DNA of 64,000 nt from Octopus vulgaris (GCA_951406725.2 OX597820.1:6138001-6202000), one strand, 5' to 3'; shown: positions 24,704-39,001, counted from the stretch's first letter. Made by a program: numbers and translations. The notes: generated by a model from the letters alone, not told the origin.

Positions 24704-24849
24704 TTTATCTAAAGCAGCAGAAAATTCAACAAAACCTGTTACTCTGAGTTTCACGTTCCCGTTCGTCGGACAGTTGTGGCAGTGAACGGGAACGTGAAAC
24801 TCAGAGTAACAGGTTTTGTTGAATTTTCTGTCTGCTGCTTTAGATAAAG
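24703..24849. repeat. ~62-bp near-perfect inverted repeat (Penelope-type inverted terminus)
   Basis: Arms 24703-24764 and 24784-24849, identical except for a 4-nt insertion. Confidence 0.9.
24736..24773 (-). ncRNA. Minimal type I hammerhead ribozyme, U4C core variant
   Basis: CUGU-CCGACGA-ACG(ggaa)CGU-GAAACUC-a-GAGUA^ACAG; all three stems pair. Confidence 0.7.
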
Positions 24850-24917
24850 CATATTACTCTACCACTGGTATTTGAGTACTCTTTTACCACCTTGTTTCAC
24901 ATTTATGTGTTTATTCC

Positions 24918-24972
<55 letters not shown>

Positions 24973-25029
24973 CACATATAAAAAAGCAGCCATGCCAACA
25001 ATCCAACATATTTTCTCTATTTCGTTATA

Positions 25030-25390
25030 TTAGCACGCCGGACAAAAGGCTTAGCAGCATTCCGTCCGTCTTTAAGTCGACTCTTTAAGTTCCATTCTTT
25101 CAGGGTCGATGGAATAAGTATCAGTTGAGCACCGGGGTCGATGCAATCGACGAGATCCTTCCTTAGAAAATTTCAGGTCAGATGCCTATGATGTAAAAGA
25201 TTATTATCTTTATTAAAGACACTAGATTTGAAGGAACGGTGACTTGCAACTGACCTCCGGCTCTTAACGTTATAAGTTCAAATCCCGCCGAGGTTAATTT
25301 TGCTTTTTGTTCCCTCGAGTCAGAACAAATAAAGTACCAGTCATGTGCTGAGGTCGATGAAATTGCTAGCCTTGTGACTAAACTAGAAAC
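25030..25390 (+). mobile_element. Two degenerate Nin/Deu-like SINEs
   Basis: TAGCACGCCGGAC, GGGTCGAT..AATAAGTA.CAGT and GTTCAAATCCCGCCGAGG motifs. Confidence 0.65.
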
Positions 25391-25800
25391 AATTATATTT
25401 AATTATTGTAATTAAAATATTAATTAGCATAGTTTATATTTAAGGTATTAGCAAAGTTAGTGCCTTAGGAATTATCTACGATATTATTCAGAGTTTTGGA
25501 TGAGAGTGCACGATAAACGAATGGGTGCAAGGTGCAAAGAGAAGAAAATAATACAAATATTGTCTACCAACCTTCATCCGAAGCTGGCAACCCGGATTCT
25601 TGGAGGTCATTTACTTTTAAAATATCTATAAAAAAAAAATAAATAAAAAATATAAATACCAACTTTCATCTTATTAACATTAATATTACCGCTATCTATT
25701 ATTATTATTATCATTATTATTACTACTACTACCACTACTATTATTATTATTATAATTATTATCATTATTACTATTATTATTATTATTATTATTATTACTA

Positions 25801-26007
25801 AAGTGGCGAAGTGGCAGAATTGTTAGCACGCCGGATTAAATGCTGAGCCGCGTTTCGTGCGTCTTTACCTTCGGGCTTCAAATTCCACTGAGGTTGACCT
25901 TGCCTTTCATTCTTTCCGGCTTGATATAATAAGTACCAGTTGGACACTGGGGTCGATGTAATCGACTCACCCACTCCCTAAAATCTCAGGCCTATCGTAG
26001 AAAGGAT
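25801..26007 (+). mobile_element. Nin/Deu-like SINE in (TAT)n
   Basis: GTGGCAGAATTGTTAGCACGCCGG..GCCTTTCAT..AAGTACCAGTT..GGGGTCGATGTAATCGACT. Confidence 0.75.
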
Positions 26008-26029
26008 TATTATTATCATTATTATTATT

Positions 26030-26217
26030 ACTTTACTTCTCAGAACGCTCGGTCATGTTTGTTCTGGTAGATTCTGCGAGAGCGGACAGCAGCCTACCGT
26101 CAGAGGTCTCACAGGGTTTCTTCCTGCACATTATATTCTTTGATACCTGGTCGTTAATTATCGTAGGGGACATTCAACATCCAAGTACAAATCTCAAAAT
26201 CCTAGCCGTTCCCAGCA
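26030..26217 (-). mobile_element. R4/Dong-like LINE 3' end in (TAT)n
   Basis: Reverse complement matches 37003-37190 (LGTARILR, GTGAGACCTCT..GCTGTCCGCTCTC); TAT arrays on both sides. Confidence 0.75.
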
Positions 26218-27039
26218 TTATTATTATTATTATTGTTATTATTATTATTGCTATTATTATTATTATTATTAGTAGTAGTAGTATTAGTATTAGTATTATT
26301 ATTATTTGCGCAGTGATTAGAATTGGTAGAGGGCGGACTAAATGATTTGCAATATTTTCTTACAAGCCTTTGAAGATGATTGGTTGCCGAGTGGCGGGTA
26401 AGGTCACGTGGTTTGTATGGTCTGCCCTACGAATTCTATATTTATATGCCAGACTCTTTTGGTGACCTCTTGACAGATATCAGCTATAAACGGCAGCAGA
26501 ACGGGAGAATTCTTTGTCCTGAGACAGCTGGGTTTGATCTCAGAATAAAACACCAAGAGGCATTCGTTTTAGTCATTTACGTTTCGAATTCAAATCCATC
26601 GACATCAATGTCATCTTCTGTCCCTCAAAGGTCGATTAATAAAGTACTGGGCTGGATATATTTGAGTCACCCTCACCCAGATCTGTGACTTTGTGTTAGA
26701 AGTCATATCTAAACCAACGCGAAGCCACATATTTTTGTTACATTTGATTCACCTAAAACATACAGGTCACGCTGCTTTTATACCTGGCAATTTGTCAAAA
26801 TAGAAATATCGTAGAAACCCCCCACCCTGCCTACAAAAAACAACAACAACAAAAAAATAACGATAATTTAATTCAGCAATCAGCGGTAAAATTTGGCGCA
26901 AACATCCATGGATAAACCGCAGAGAGTAGCAGATGATGGACCGGTTGAATTGGATGTGTATAGAACGAAGAGTTCATAGTAGTACTCAATAACGGCGTTG
27001 ATAACTGCGAGGGATTTACTACTACTGATACTACTACTG

Positions 27040-27392
27040 TTGCTGTGCTGTCGCTGTGGGAGAAGTCCGAAACGTGGTCCTTTGCTATTCGTAAGATCCG
27101 CAGAAGAGAAAGCAGGTCAACCCCCGACACCGAGAGCATCGACGGATGGATGAATGCGCATCCAGGCTCAGCGGTTGCGTAGGAAGTCGGGGACAAGAAA
27201 CAGGAAGAAAGAGTGAGAGAAAGTTGGATCGAAAGATAACCACAGGGGTCGCCACCCCCATCCCCTGCCCGAGCCTCGTAGAGCTTTAGGTGTTTTCGCT
27301 CAATAAACACACACAACGCACGGTCTGGGAATCGAAACCGCGATCCTCCGACCGCGAGTCCGCTGCCCTAACCACTGGGCCATTGCGCCTCC
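27040..27392 (-). mobile_element. tRNA-derived SINE, tail type B
   Basis: Closely similar to 17350-17689. Confidence 0.85.
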
Positions 27393-28519
27393 ACTGTTGT
27401 TGTTGCTGAAAGCAAAACGAGCAATGGCTGTAAAAAGAGTAAAATAAAAGAAAAAAAGCGCTGAAAAAGATGGAAAGATAAAGATTCTGTGTGAATGTAG
27501 CGACAAAATGGAGATGAAAGAGTGTGAGAGAGATATCTGGCGTGTGATTAATTACAACGGAATTGGTATCAATTGCAACAACAACAAAAACAACAAATAT
27601 TTGACGATTCTTGAATGCCTGAAATCAAAGATGGTTTGAAGCGGACTTGAAGTATTGGAATCCTCAAAAGCGGGTTGTAATCTTGAAGAAGACCAGGCGG
27701 TTGTTTTAGCATTGAAAGAGACCATTTCTATATTGGCAAAATGGCGCTGCCAGAATACTTGTACGGTAAAAAGACACGGTTACACAATTTATAGTGATGT
27801 GGTGTATATGGAAGTAGAGTTTGGTGATAAAGCAAGTTGTTGTTAAATCGTCCAGAAATGTGGAAGGTTAGGCAAGTTACTTAACTATGTTTCCTCATGA
27901 TATGAGAAGAAGAAGCAACTTTATTCAAAAAGAAGGAAAGCTTTTGTGAGTTGCGTTCCTGGCTATTAATAGGCAATAAATATAAACAACAGGCTCTTCG
28001 AGAAAATAGACTACATTATCTAATGTAGCTTACTCGATTTTAAGATGGTAAGATGTAAGCTGAAGGAGATTTAGGTGTTATTTCTAGCATGTCAGTCGAC
28101 AAGTTAGAAGTTTCTTTCAATGTATTCGTTGTTGCTATGCTCATTGGAGGCGAATACAACAAAATAGAAGTGTAGTTTGGCAAGTTGAAGTACACCAGCG
28201 TGTCTTAGTAAGAGACGTCCATCGTGACACACATATCGATCGGGAGAGATGAGCGAGGCTAGATTAGGGTAAGTTGATACAGAGCTTATGCTCCAATATG
28301 CACCTATATGACTTCAAGAACAAAATACAAAGAACTCTTTAATTCATATTTACCGAAATTGGTATCACGGAATCGATAAAGAAAATTCATAGACACATAC
28401 ATACATACATACATACATACATACATACATACATACATACATACATACACTCACATACATACATACATACATACATACATACATACATACATACATACAT
28501 ACATACATACATACATACA

Positions 28520-28551
<32 letters not shown>

Positions 28552-28655
28552 CACACACATACATACATACATACATACATACATAAATACATACATACAT
28601 ACATACATACATACATACATACATACATAAATACATACATACATACATACATACA

Positions 28656-28687
<32 letters not shown>

Positions 28688-29532
28688 AACTTTTTCTTTC
28701 TTTATTTTTTGAACTGATGAAAAAGAAATTAAAGATAAGAATGTTTAGTAGTATTTTCCAAAGACATAGTATACTATAGCTGTATTCTTCAAATGTACCC
28801 ACTCACATTTACGCACGCACATACACGCACGCACACACACACACATACACACTTGTACACATATATATGTATAACTCAGACACATATGCACACATACACA
28901 CACCGTTAAACAGGTGCATAATCGTACGTACATCTCATATATGGATGAATGCTAAATATACATACATGAAGATGGTTATATTTCTGGTCTACCATTCATA
29001 TATGCACGTACATTTATACGCACTTACATAAATACAAACATACTCACACGCACACATGTTTGTATGTATGTATGTATGTATGTATGTATGTATGTATGTA
29101 TGTATGTATGTATGTATGCATGTATGTACGTATGTATGTGTATATGTATGTGTATATCTATGTGTGTGTGTATAGTGTGTGCTTATATTAAATTATTGGC
29201 GTGTTAACAGAAAGCTGTTTCATTACTTCATTACTTCTCCCCTATTATTCCAGCAGATTTTTATCCAAAACTTCGTGTACTGAGAAATTTAAACGTTTTC
29301 CTTTTGTATGAAATATCTTCGTAGGCAATAAAGAAATAACTGATTAAATAAAAAATAAATAAATAGCAACCGGAATTGTTTCAATCCTCTGCTGGGATTT
29401 CATCGGCAACTGAGTCTGTCTTTTTACTGATAGTTACAGTTCCTAGAGACACGGCTTATAAGCCTTATTTGTCAATTCATCAGGAAATTGAATACACCAG
29501 TTTGCATATATAGCGCGTTCCTTGCAGCTAGA

Positions 29533-29922
29533 TCTTTATATATAAAAGTAAGGTTGTGTGTCTGTCTCCTACGATTTAGATTCCTAACTACTCCCACATT
29601 TTGCTGTGCAGTTTAACCAAAACCGGGTATCTTATAGTCGTGATTCATATCGAGCCCTTCTGGGTATTAGCGCGCGTCTACGGTGAGTCTACGATTTAAA
29701 AAAAAAATTACCATTAATTTTTTCCATTTTTAATGCATTTTTGGCATATATAAGGGAAGTAACTCTCTAAAAATTTATTAAATCTCAGAAGGTAAAAAGC
29801 TACAGTAACCCCCCCTCTTTGTGTTTAGCCATATTGAGATGGCTATTATACTTTACATCTCTAAAAATGCTTATATAGTTATTTCCCTTACAAAACCGAG
29901 CAACGCCGGGCGATACTGCTAG
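29533..29922 (+). mobile_element. Non-autonomous Helitron
   Basis: A^TC start (TCTTTATATATAAAA), subterminal CCGAGCAACGCCGGG hairpin, CTAG^T end, no TSD. Confidence 0.85.
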
Positions 29923-30326
29923 TTGATTAATAAATTAGTTGCAAATCTGAGACAACGGATGTGAGAGAGGTTGTTAGAGCGGTGTCTGAAGTATAAGAGG
30001 AAAACAGATTAGTGGGAGAGGAGAGAAGGATTTTCTGGTAAACTTGGACGAAGCTGGTAAAGTAACTCACAAATCTAGTAATAGTAACCAGACCAGTCTA
30101 TTGAATTTATTTACCGATACGGTTGTACATAGGTTAAATGTGTTCGAAAGTTGTGCACCCTTTGGCTTGTTTGTTCTCAAACAACACTTATTTTAGTGCT
30201 GTTGACACCGCCGGATTGTACAAGTGCCGAAATCATAATGGTGTCCGTGGGGATGCTGATGATGGATGCATGTTGTATTATTGATATGGCTATTTTTGTA
30301 TATGTGGAATAGTATTATAAAACATC

Positions 30327-30421
<95 letters not shown>

Positions 30422-30449
30422 ATATATATATATATATTGTATATATAGT

Positions 30450-30732
30450 TCAATTAAAGGTTAAAAACCTTATTAAGGGATAATAAAATCCAATGAATTT
30501 ACTGGTGGTTTATTACCTATAACAAGAAGTATTGAATATTATAATTAATATTCAACTGTAAGGTAATTGGATAAAACCGGGGTTTATATATATTTAAGAA
30601 GAATAAGAAAATAGACATAAATTAATAATTATTTAATAATTACAAAATTGGACATCATCTCTGACAGCTGATTCGATTTAAAAATTTAGAAATTGATTAG
30701 TATAACTAAAAACATAATAAATCTGAATCTCG

Positions 30733-30736
<4 letters not shown>
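30450..30736 (-). mobile_element. AT-rich (TA)n-embedded element with degenerate hammerhead
   Basis: Minus strand UGACGA-GAUU..AAUC-GAAuC-AGCU-GUC; start resembles 3996-4020 (TATTA.GGGA..ATAAA.TCCAA). Confidence 0.45.
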
Positions 30737-30777
<41 letters not shown>

Positions 30778-31058
30778 CATACATACATATATATATATAT
30801 ATGTATATATATATATGTATGTATGTATACGTATATATATTTGTTGTAGTGTAGAATTTTGGACCATACATATATATATATATTTCGAAAACTGTACAAA
30901 ATACAAAAGGCAAAAGACGGACACCATTGAGGGAACAACATATAAACATACAAGATGTATTAGTTTTACGCTCAGGAAAATTGGAAGAAGTCATTGATGT
31001 TTCGAGCCTACGCTCGAAATGAGGAGAGAAAATATAGATTAACGGTTACCTCAAACCC

Positions 31059-31203
<145 letters not shown>

Positions 31204-31229
31204 CTACCTAATTATTACACCTCTATCTT

Positions 31230-31299
<70 letters not shown>

Positions 31300-32299
31300 A
31301 ATCTGTGCAGTGACTCCTTATAGAGATAGAAAGAGCCTGCGTGAGACACTATGCATCTAGTCTGTAAATTAGAGGCTGTTGGTGACTCAGTGACTCTTGG
31401 AGACTTCAGCTGATGGCATTAGAATCACTATATTATCCGTGCATTGTTGATCCCGTGACTCTGATCCCGGAGCTTTGATCCATCCCTCTGATAGCTCTGA
31501 TCCGCAGATCGATGATGAAACCACTCTTGTAAACTATCGCTATCACTTTACTTTCCCCGACATAGTGTATCTAGGACTACAACATATAAGAAGTTCTTTA
31601 TTTCTGAACACTATTTCTAACACAGAGAAAGCGACTGCTGGGTTAGATGTAACATCGTTTTCTATGAGATATTTTTGTTTATTCATTGAGTCTATTCTTT
31701 TATTGTATTTAAGACCGCCATTTTTATTCTTGTATTAATCTTTATGATTTTATTGCCGTTATTTCATCTTCCATTGCTCTTACATAACATTTATGATGTT
31801 ATAGTATCTATCTTATCCTCTACTTTTCTATTATATTTATGATAGTATAGTCGCCATTTTGTCCTCAGCTCTTGCATTATTGCTACGTTTTTATGATCGC
31901 CATCTTATATTCCACGTGACCCCTATATCGCCCGAAACATATTTTTGCGGTTTAAAGACGTTAAGATGACCTTCTTAGGTGGACATAGTATATATCATAT
32001 ATTCGCTATTTCTCAGCATGGCAATATGCTGACAATATGAGAGTGTGAGAAAGAGAGGGTGAGTCAGAGAGAGAGAGAAAGAGAAAGAGAGAGAAAGAGA
32101 GAGAGTCAGAGAGAGGAGAGAGTCAGAGAGAGGAGAGGAGAGAGAGAGAGAAAGAGAGACAGGAATAAGGAAAGCTAACGCAAGAGTCTAAACTTGTTAG
32201 AAACAGCAGCTAAATATGCTCCACAGAACATTTAATTGTCTTTAAAAAAGAAGGCTTTCATATCAACCCGGCGTCTGATTTTGTTCGGACCACCTAACG

Positions 32300-33712
32300 G
32301 AGAAAACTAGAACGAGATAAGCTGTCCCTAAAAGGTCGGGCGCAGGTGGCCAACACGTACATCGCGTCCGTAATCTACTACCGCCTGACCGTCGTACCTT
32401 GTCCCGAGCCTACCATCACCAAACTAGAACCCATTCTCTTCCGCTTCTTGTGGAAAGGATGCGTTCCAATGGTCAGGCGATCGGTCTGCTGTCAACACCC
32501 GTTAAAAGGAGGGCTGGGCATGCCGTGGTTGATGATACGCGGACATGCGCTGAAACAGCGACATCTCCGGTTCCACGTAGACGCAGTGAACAGGTGTGGT
32601 CACCGTTTGTGAAGTGCGCTTTTCCGTAGCTCGTCTCCATGACCGAACTACAGTTGTGGATCAAAAAGAGGCTGAGGAAGGGCGAATGGCACCGCAAGTG
32701 TCGCGTTGCTATGAAGCAACTATGCCGTCCCGGGTCGACCTTGAGTGACTTCAACACAACCAAAGCATTATATAGGGTTTAGTGGAAGGGAGGTACGGCG
32801 ATGATCTCGGAGCGAACCTGGGCGTCGTCGGGGAATACCTGACCCGCTTGTTCAAGACGACTTTCGGGCCGGGACCTATGGACAATTTCCAGAGATCCCT
32901 GGCCTGGCAGTGCTATCGAGAAGCGCTACCCGTTCGGGATAAGCTCTACAAGCATGGCTCGAGAAACACGGGGCCAACCTGCCCGAGATGCGCTCAGAGT
33001 GACGAATCCGTTCTGCACGCACTCGTACAGTGTCCAACGATTTCCGACCCGTGGGCCTATGTCGAACGACTGGTATCGAGTGTGGGACGAGTCGGTCAAT
33101 CAGCCGAGTCTATCGTCAATATTGTCGCGCCTCCTTTCTTGAAACGGGAAGGAAGAGACATTTCCATCGTACTTGTGGCTATGGCGAAATAATGTGTATG
33201 GTGGACGCGTCTGAAAGCTCTAGAGACAAACACTTTCCTCTCTGGTGAATCTCCCATCAACTTCTTCAAGTATCACTTGAAGAGGAAGGTGAGAGTAGAG
33301 AGGCAAGTTTTGTCTCGTGAAAGTCTCAAAAAAAGATGGGTGAATGTAGCAAGGACGGCACATGTGATTGACGAAGCCACCTTGAGCATAATACTATGAA
33401 CCAAAAAAAAAAAAGGAAAAAAGAAAGTCACTTACAGGAAAGCGTTTTTTTGCATGACATTATTGCCCGAGGTTACGGTGGTCTTTTCTGTAGGCTTTTC
33501 TTTCCACGGATAAATTTAATCTGTCTCCCTTTTTTACACTATAACATTTCTGTGATACACGATCCCTATTGAGCGGCTTTTTTTTAACGATCCCTTTTGA
33601 TCGAATTTCTATCCCCACCCTTTCCTATTTTCCTTTTCCTTCTCTTTCCCAAAAGAAAAGCTCTACTTTGTATTTTGTCCCCTCTGTGTTCAGCTCTGTG
33701 TGTCCAATAAAG
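32300..33712 (+). mobile_element. Tx1/L1-like LINE, 5'-truncated (RT C-terminus, zf-RVT, 3' UTR)
   Basis: KLSLKGRAQVANTYIASVIYY..FRFLWKG..KGGLGMP; CPRC..DESVLHALVQCP; AATAAA then (CTAT)n. Confidence 0.9.
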
Positions 33713-33735
33713 AAACCTACCTACCTACCTATTTG

Positions 33736-33847
<112 letters not shown>

Positions 33848-34339
33848 CAAAGAATGGGGGGTTTAGTTCACAGGTGATCTAAACGAATAGGTACGCTAGG
33901 TAAATGCTGTAACGTATCACTATCCATCTACTTATATATCTCTGTCTGTTTGACTGTCTCTCCATCTCTCCATCTCTCTCCGTCTGTCTCACTGTCTCTC
34001 TCTCTCTCTCTCCATCTCTCTTTCCCTCTACCTATCTCTCTATTTATCTCTGTAGTAGTTTTTAATACCAAATGTCGAAGATTAGCGGATACTACACGAG
34101 ATTCAACGCATCTTCACGCGTGATGGCGACTGAGTCAGTCCCACGAGGGACGTGAATTCTGACAGCTTCAGGTGAAAGAGACCTCTATAAATTCTAATTT
34201 GCCTCCTTTATCTAAATATTACATTTATCATTTAGATTTTAATTGCTGCAGCGTGACACCTGAGCTTTCTACATCCATAATACGCATACACTCGCACCTT
34301 TCAGCCGGCCTACCTGTAGGCCATCTGTTATAATCGAAC

Positions 34340-35196
34340 ACACACACACACAAACACATACATATACATATACAGGCGCACACGCACATAGATGCACAAA
34401 CGCATACACAGACACGCGCACACAACTATAGACATTAGATGTATATGCACACACGTGCATATACACACGTGCATACAGATGCACAAGCGCATGCACGCAC
34501 ATACAGACGCACACATGCATATATACATAGTGCATATACACATGCACACAGATGCACAAACGCATATGCACTCGCGCACACACATATAGACACACACGTG
34601 CATATACACAGGCGCATACAGATGCACAAACGCATACACACAAACACATGCACACACATACGCGCGCATAAAAGGTGCACATGCGCATATACACACCTAC
34701 ATACACACACATGCATTTACACACAAGTATATATACACAACCACACACATGCATGAACGCATATACACGCATATACAAACGCACATGCACGCATGCAAAT
34801 GCACACACGTGCATTTACACACTCGCATACAGATGCACAAACGCATGCACACACGCACTCATACAGACAAATATGCATATACACACACTTGCATATACAC
34901 ACCCTCACAGATTCACAAACACACACGTACAGGCACATACATTCACATACACACACGCACACACAAGTACAGACACACACATTCACATACACACACGTGC
35001 ATATACACACCCTCACATATTCACAAACGCACACACACGTACAGACACACACATTCACATACACACACGTGCATGTACACATCCTCACAGATTCCCAAAC
35101 GCACACACATACACGCACATACACGTACAGACACACACATTCACTCACACTTGCATATACACACGCGCACACATAAGCTCAAACACACACACACAT
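34340..35196. repeat. CA-rich degenerate minisatellite
   Basis: Recurring ATACAGATGCACAAACGCA and ACAGACACACACATTCACATAC units. Confidence 0.85.
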
Positions 35197-35609
35197 ATCC
35201 ATCAAACCAAATATCTTTAAATTGGCGGCCATGTTCGTGTGCTTGTAATGTTCTTCTGTAATAAATTTCGAGGAATCTAGGTGAGAATGACAGAGGCTGC
35301 GGCTGGATGATTCCAATTTGAATGTTCCTCTACGATTACACAGCGACTGCGTTTATATTGATTGGAATATTGCTAAATTGGTAAATGCCACAATGGATCC
35401 AAAGTGGTCGCGTCCACTCTCTAGGGACATTGTGGGTTTTAACTTGTATCGGTTTTTAAACAGAAGCCGTGTGATTTTGTGTGTGTGTGTTTGAATGTAT
35501 AGAGCTCCAGCTTGGCCGGAGCCCATGGCCTACGGCAGCTAAATTGCTGATATTTGACTGTGTGCTACCTGTAAATTTGTACATATAAAAACATAGCAAT
35601 AATAATAAT

Positions 35610-35785
35610 AATGATTTCAAATTTTAGCTTAAGGTCAGCAAGCTCATCGAACCCCAGTACTCGACTGGTACCTATTTTATCGACCCCGAAGGATGAAAGG
35701 CTAAGTCGACCTCGGCGGAACGCGAACTCAGAAAGCAAAGTCAGAAATCCTGCTAAGCATATTTTCCGATGTGCTAACAATTCTC
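35610..35785 (-). mobile_element. Nin/Deu-like SINE
   Basis: CTGGTAC..TATCGACCCCGAAGGATGAAAGG..GTCGACCTCGGCGGAA. Confidence 0.7.
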
Positions 35786-35844
<59 letters not shown>

Positions 35845-36403
35845 TAAATGCCCTGATGCATTGCCAGGCAGTGGTTTTCATGGCTTCTGATCTTAACTGA
35901 TTGGAAGTGTTATCATGTACATTGTTTTGTCTTGGTATAAAAGATGGGCTACAGCAAATATTCTGCTCAATACCACAGATTTTCTTCTCAGTTGTTTGAT
36001 CTTAACCAGTTGGGCATGTCCCTTAGTGGCTGACGATATGTGCATCTCTGATCACGAGCAGAAGTAGTGGGGGAGCATCATAGCCATGTGTTGAGAGGGA
36101 TTCTTTGGGGGTTTGAATAGTTCACCTCCGGAAACATGGTGGTTCTTTCAACATCCTTAAACAACCCTTATTCAGGGACATTTTGAGCGGGATGGGCTAC
36201 TCAACCTGAAGAAAATTCTAACTCGGCCCCACCTGCAAGGTCATGTGCTGTTTATCTTGTTATGAGATCACTATGTCGTGCGCATATGGTTGTGATGCAT
36301 GTGTCTGGTGTACCCTTATCAGACGGGTAGTCATGATGGGTATATTGGGCTTCGTATATTTTACCCCAGTGTCACTTTGATGGCATGAACTGCTCTCTCA
36401 CTC
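35845..36403. mobile_element. Unclassified ~560-bp insertion in (AAT)n
   Basis: Complex non-coding segment with sharp edges and AAT arrays on both sides; no ORF, TIR or Pol III boxes seen. Confidence 0.5.
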
Positions 36404-36427
36404 AATAATAATAATAATAATAATAAT

Positions 36428-36509
<82 letters not shown>

Positions 36510-36537
36510 TATTAATAATAATAATAATAATAATATT

Positions 36538-36601
<64 letters not shown>

Positions 36602-36604
<3 letters not shown>

Positions 36605-37190
36605 TGTTCACTTGAGAATGTTTGTTCACTGCAAACTGTGTGAAACGTACGATCTGGGCAGAGCATGGAAATGATGCAATCATGAACTAGAGGGCGTTAC
36701 TGAGAACAACGAATATAAGATCGTTAGGATTTTCCAATCCAATGTGGCTCTCTAATCGATAATAGGAGACCAGGCATTGTTGTGGTTGATAAAAGAAACA
36801 AGGAAACCAAGATCATACCTTAGCCACGCCTGGGAATGCAGGCGTAGAAGATAGCGATCTGGGAAAGATAGAGAAATAAAGATTATTAAAAGACGAGATT
36901 GCAAGAATGTGGGCCCTCGGACCACTAGCGACCAGGTTCGAGAAAAATATCGGAGAAATTGGAATGGACATGAGGGCAGAGTTGGCCCTAAAAGAACTGC
37001 TCTATTGGGGACGGGTAGGATTTTCAGATTGGTGCTTCTGTGTTGAGTGTCTCGCACGAGAAGTTAACATCCAAGTATCAAAGCTTGTAACTTGTGGAAA
37101 GAGACCTTGTGAGACCTCTAACAACAGGTTGCTGTCCGCTCTCACAGAATGAACCAGAGCAAGTAAGACCGAGAACTCCGAGCTGTAACA
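36602..37190 (+). mobile_element. Old R4/Dong-like LINE 3' fragment (restriction-like endonuclease)
   Basis: IDNRRPGIVVVDK..GKIEK*RLLKDEIARMW..TALLGTGRIFRLVL; flanked by (AAT)n. Confidence 0.8.
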
Positions 37191-37215
37191 TAATAACAAT
37201 AACAATAACAATAAC

Positions 37216-37264
<49 letters not shown>

Positions 37265-37276
37265 GTAGTAATAATA

Positions 37277-37634
37277 ATAGCAAGCGCACTGAGAGAGCGC
37301 AAACCTCCGCCAAAGCAACACCAATGTCCTCTCAATAATTAGCCAGAGAGGATTTTTAGAACGAGAATATCTGAAATAAACTCGATTGCTCTCACAAACG
37401 AGTTTACTAAAAATGAACCCGACTACTCTCAAAAATAAAGAAAAAACGGGAAAATAATCCAGAATCCTTGTCCGGTACCGGATCGATCCCGACATCTAAT
37501 TAGTTCGTACCAGTCACGAGGCCAAACATCCCTGAAAGTTTCTTCCCAATACATCCAGCAGTTCTTGAGATATCTTGTCCATGGACAAACACGACTGAAA
37601 ACAATAACGTCGCCGTCTCTAAAGCGGAGGCAAT
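37277..37634 (-). mobile_element. Helentron-associated non-autonomous element (HINE/DINE-1-like)
   Basis: Subterminal inverted repeats CCTCCGC / GCGGAGG, and 3' hairpin GCGC(tctctcagt)GCGC just inside the end. Confidence 0.7.
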
Positions 37635-37656
37635 AATAATGATAATAATAATAATG

Positions 37657-37719
<63 letters not shown>

Positions 37720-37722
<3 letters not shown>

Positions 37723-38176
37723 TGCCAATACACACAGATAGAGAAATTAAGACCAACAGGCCAGATATAGTTGTCAGAGATCATGAAGAAAAAAAATGCT
37801 TTCTAATTGATGTATCAATACCGGCAGATGACAACGTGTCTCTAAAAGAAATGGAGAAACTCTCAAAATGCAAAGACCTGGAAATAGAGGTAACTAGAAT
37901 GTGGAATCTGAAAACAGAAACAATTCCTATCATAGTAGGTGCATTAGGTATGATAAAAAAATATTCAGACAAATACATGACAAAAACACCAGGACTTACA
38001 AACACATATAACATACAGAAAATTGCACTACTAGGCACTGCACACATCCTACGCAGAACACTTTCCATACAATAACCATCAGAGCATCACAACAAATCAC
38101 AACACATACCCAAGGCACACAGAACTGCGCTCGGTAGTGAAGTGAAAGCACGCTATAAAAATAAAACTACTGAATG
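37720..38176 (+). mobile_element. R4/Dong-like LINE 3' fragment with open PD-(D/E)xK endonuclease domain
   Basis: ORF 37722-38075: NRPDIVV..LIDVSIP..KEMEKLSKCKDL..IPIIVGALG..LLGTAHILRR; TAA repeats on both sides. Confidence 0.9.
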
Positions 38177-38199
38177 ATAATAATAATACGATGACGACA

Positions 38200-38217
38200 A
38201 AGAAGAAGGAGAAGGAA

Positions 38218-38264
<47 letters not shown>

Positions 38265-38432
38265 AGAAGAAGAAGAAGAAGAAGAGGAGGGAGAGGAAGA
38301 GGAGAAGAAGAAGGAGGAGGAGGAGGAGAAGAAGAAGAAGAGGAGAAGAAGAAGAAGAAGAAGAAGGAGAAGAAGAAGAAGAAGAAGAAGAAGAAGAAGA
38401 AGAAGAAGAAGAAGAAGAAGAAGAAGAAGAAG
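38200..38432. repeat. (GAA)n/(GAG)n purine tract
   Basis: Direct inspection. Confidence 0.95.
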
Positions 38433-38737
38433 GTTATAGGTACAAAGCTTGAGAATTTTGTAGAAAGCAGAAGTCTATTAGATTAACCTAAGTGCACGAT
38501 GGGTATTTACGTGAGCGACCCTGTTGTGAGTTGAAATTCCTCGGCGGAATTTGAGACCAGAGAATAAAACTAGACGGAAATTTAAGCAATTTGTCTGGCG
38601 CGGTAACTTTTTGTGTTTGGTATAGCTAAATGATTAAGTGTCTGTCTCTGTGTGTACGTATGAACCTATGTGTATCCATGTGTTTATGAGTGTGCGTATA
38701 CACGCATGTTTTATATACGTATTAAGAAATATATGCG

Positions 38738-38837
<100 letters not shown>

Positions 38838-38946
38838 CAGACATAAATACACATATAAACACACACACCCATATATATATATATATAAACATTTACATAT
38901 ATAGATATATAACAATGTCAGTAATATATGTGTGTGTATGTGCATG

Positions 38947-39001
<55 letters not shown>

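Noticed and set aside
38191-38439. Poly-Glu/Arg ORF
   Set aside because: (GAA)n microsatellite
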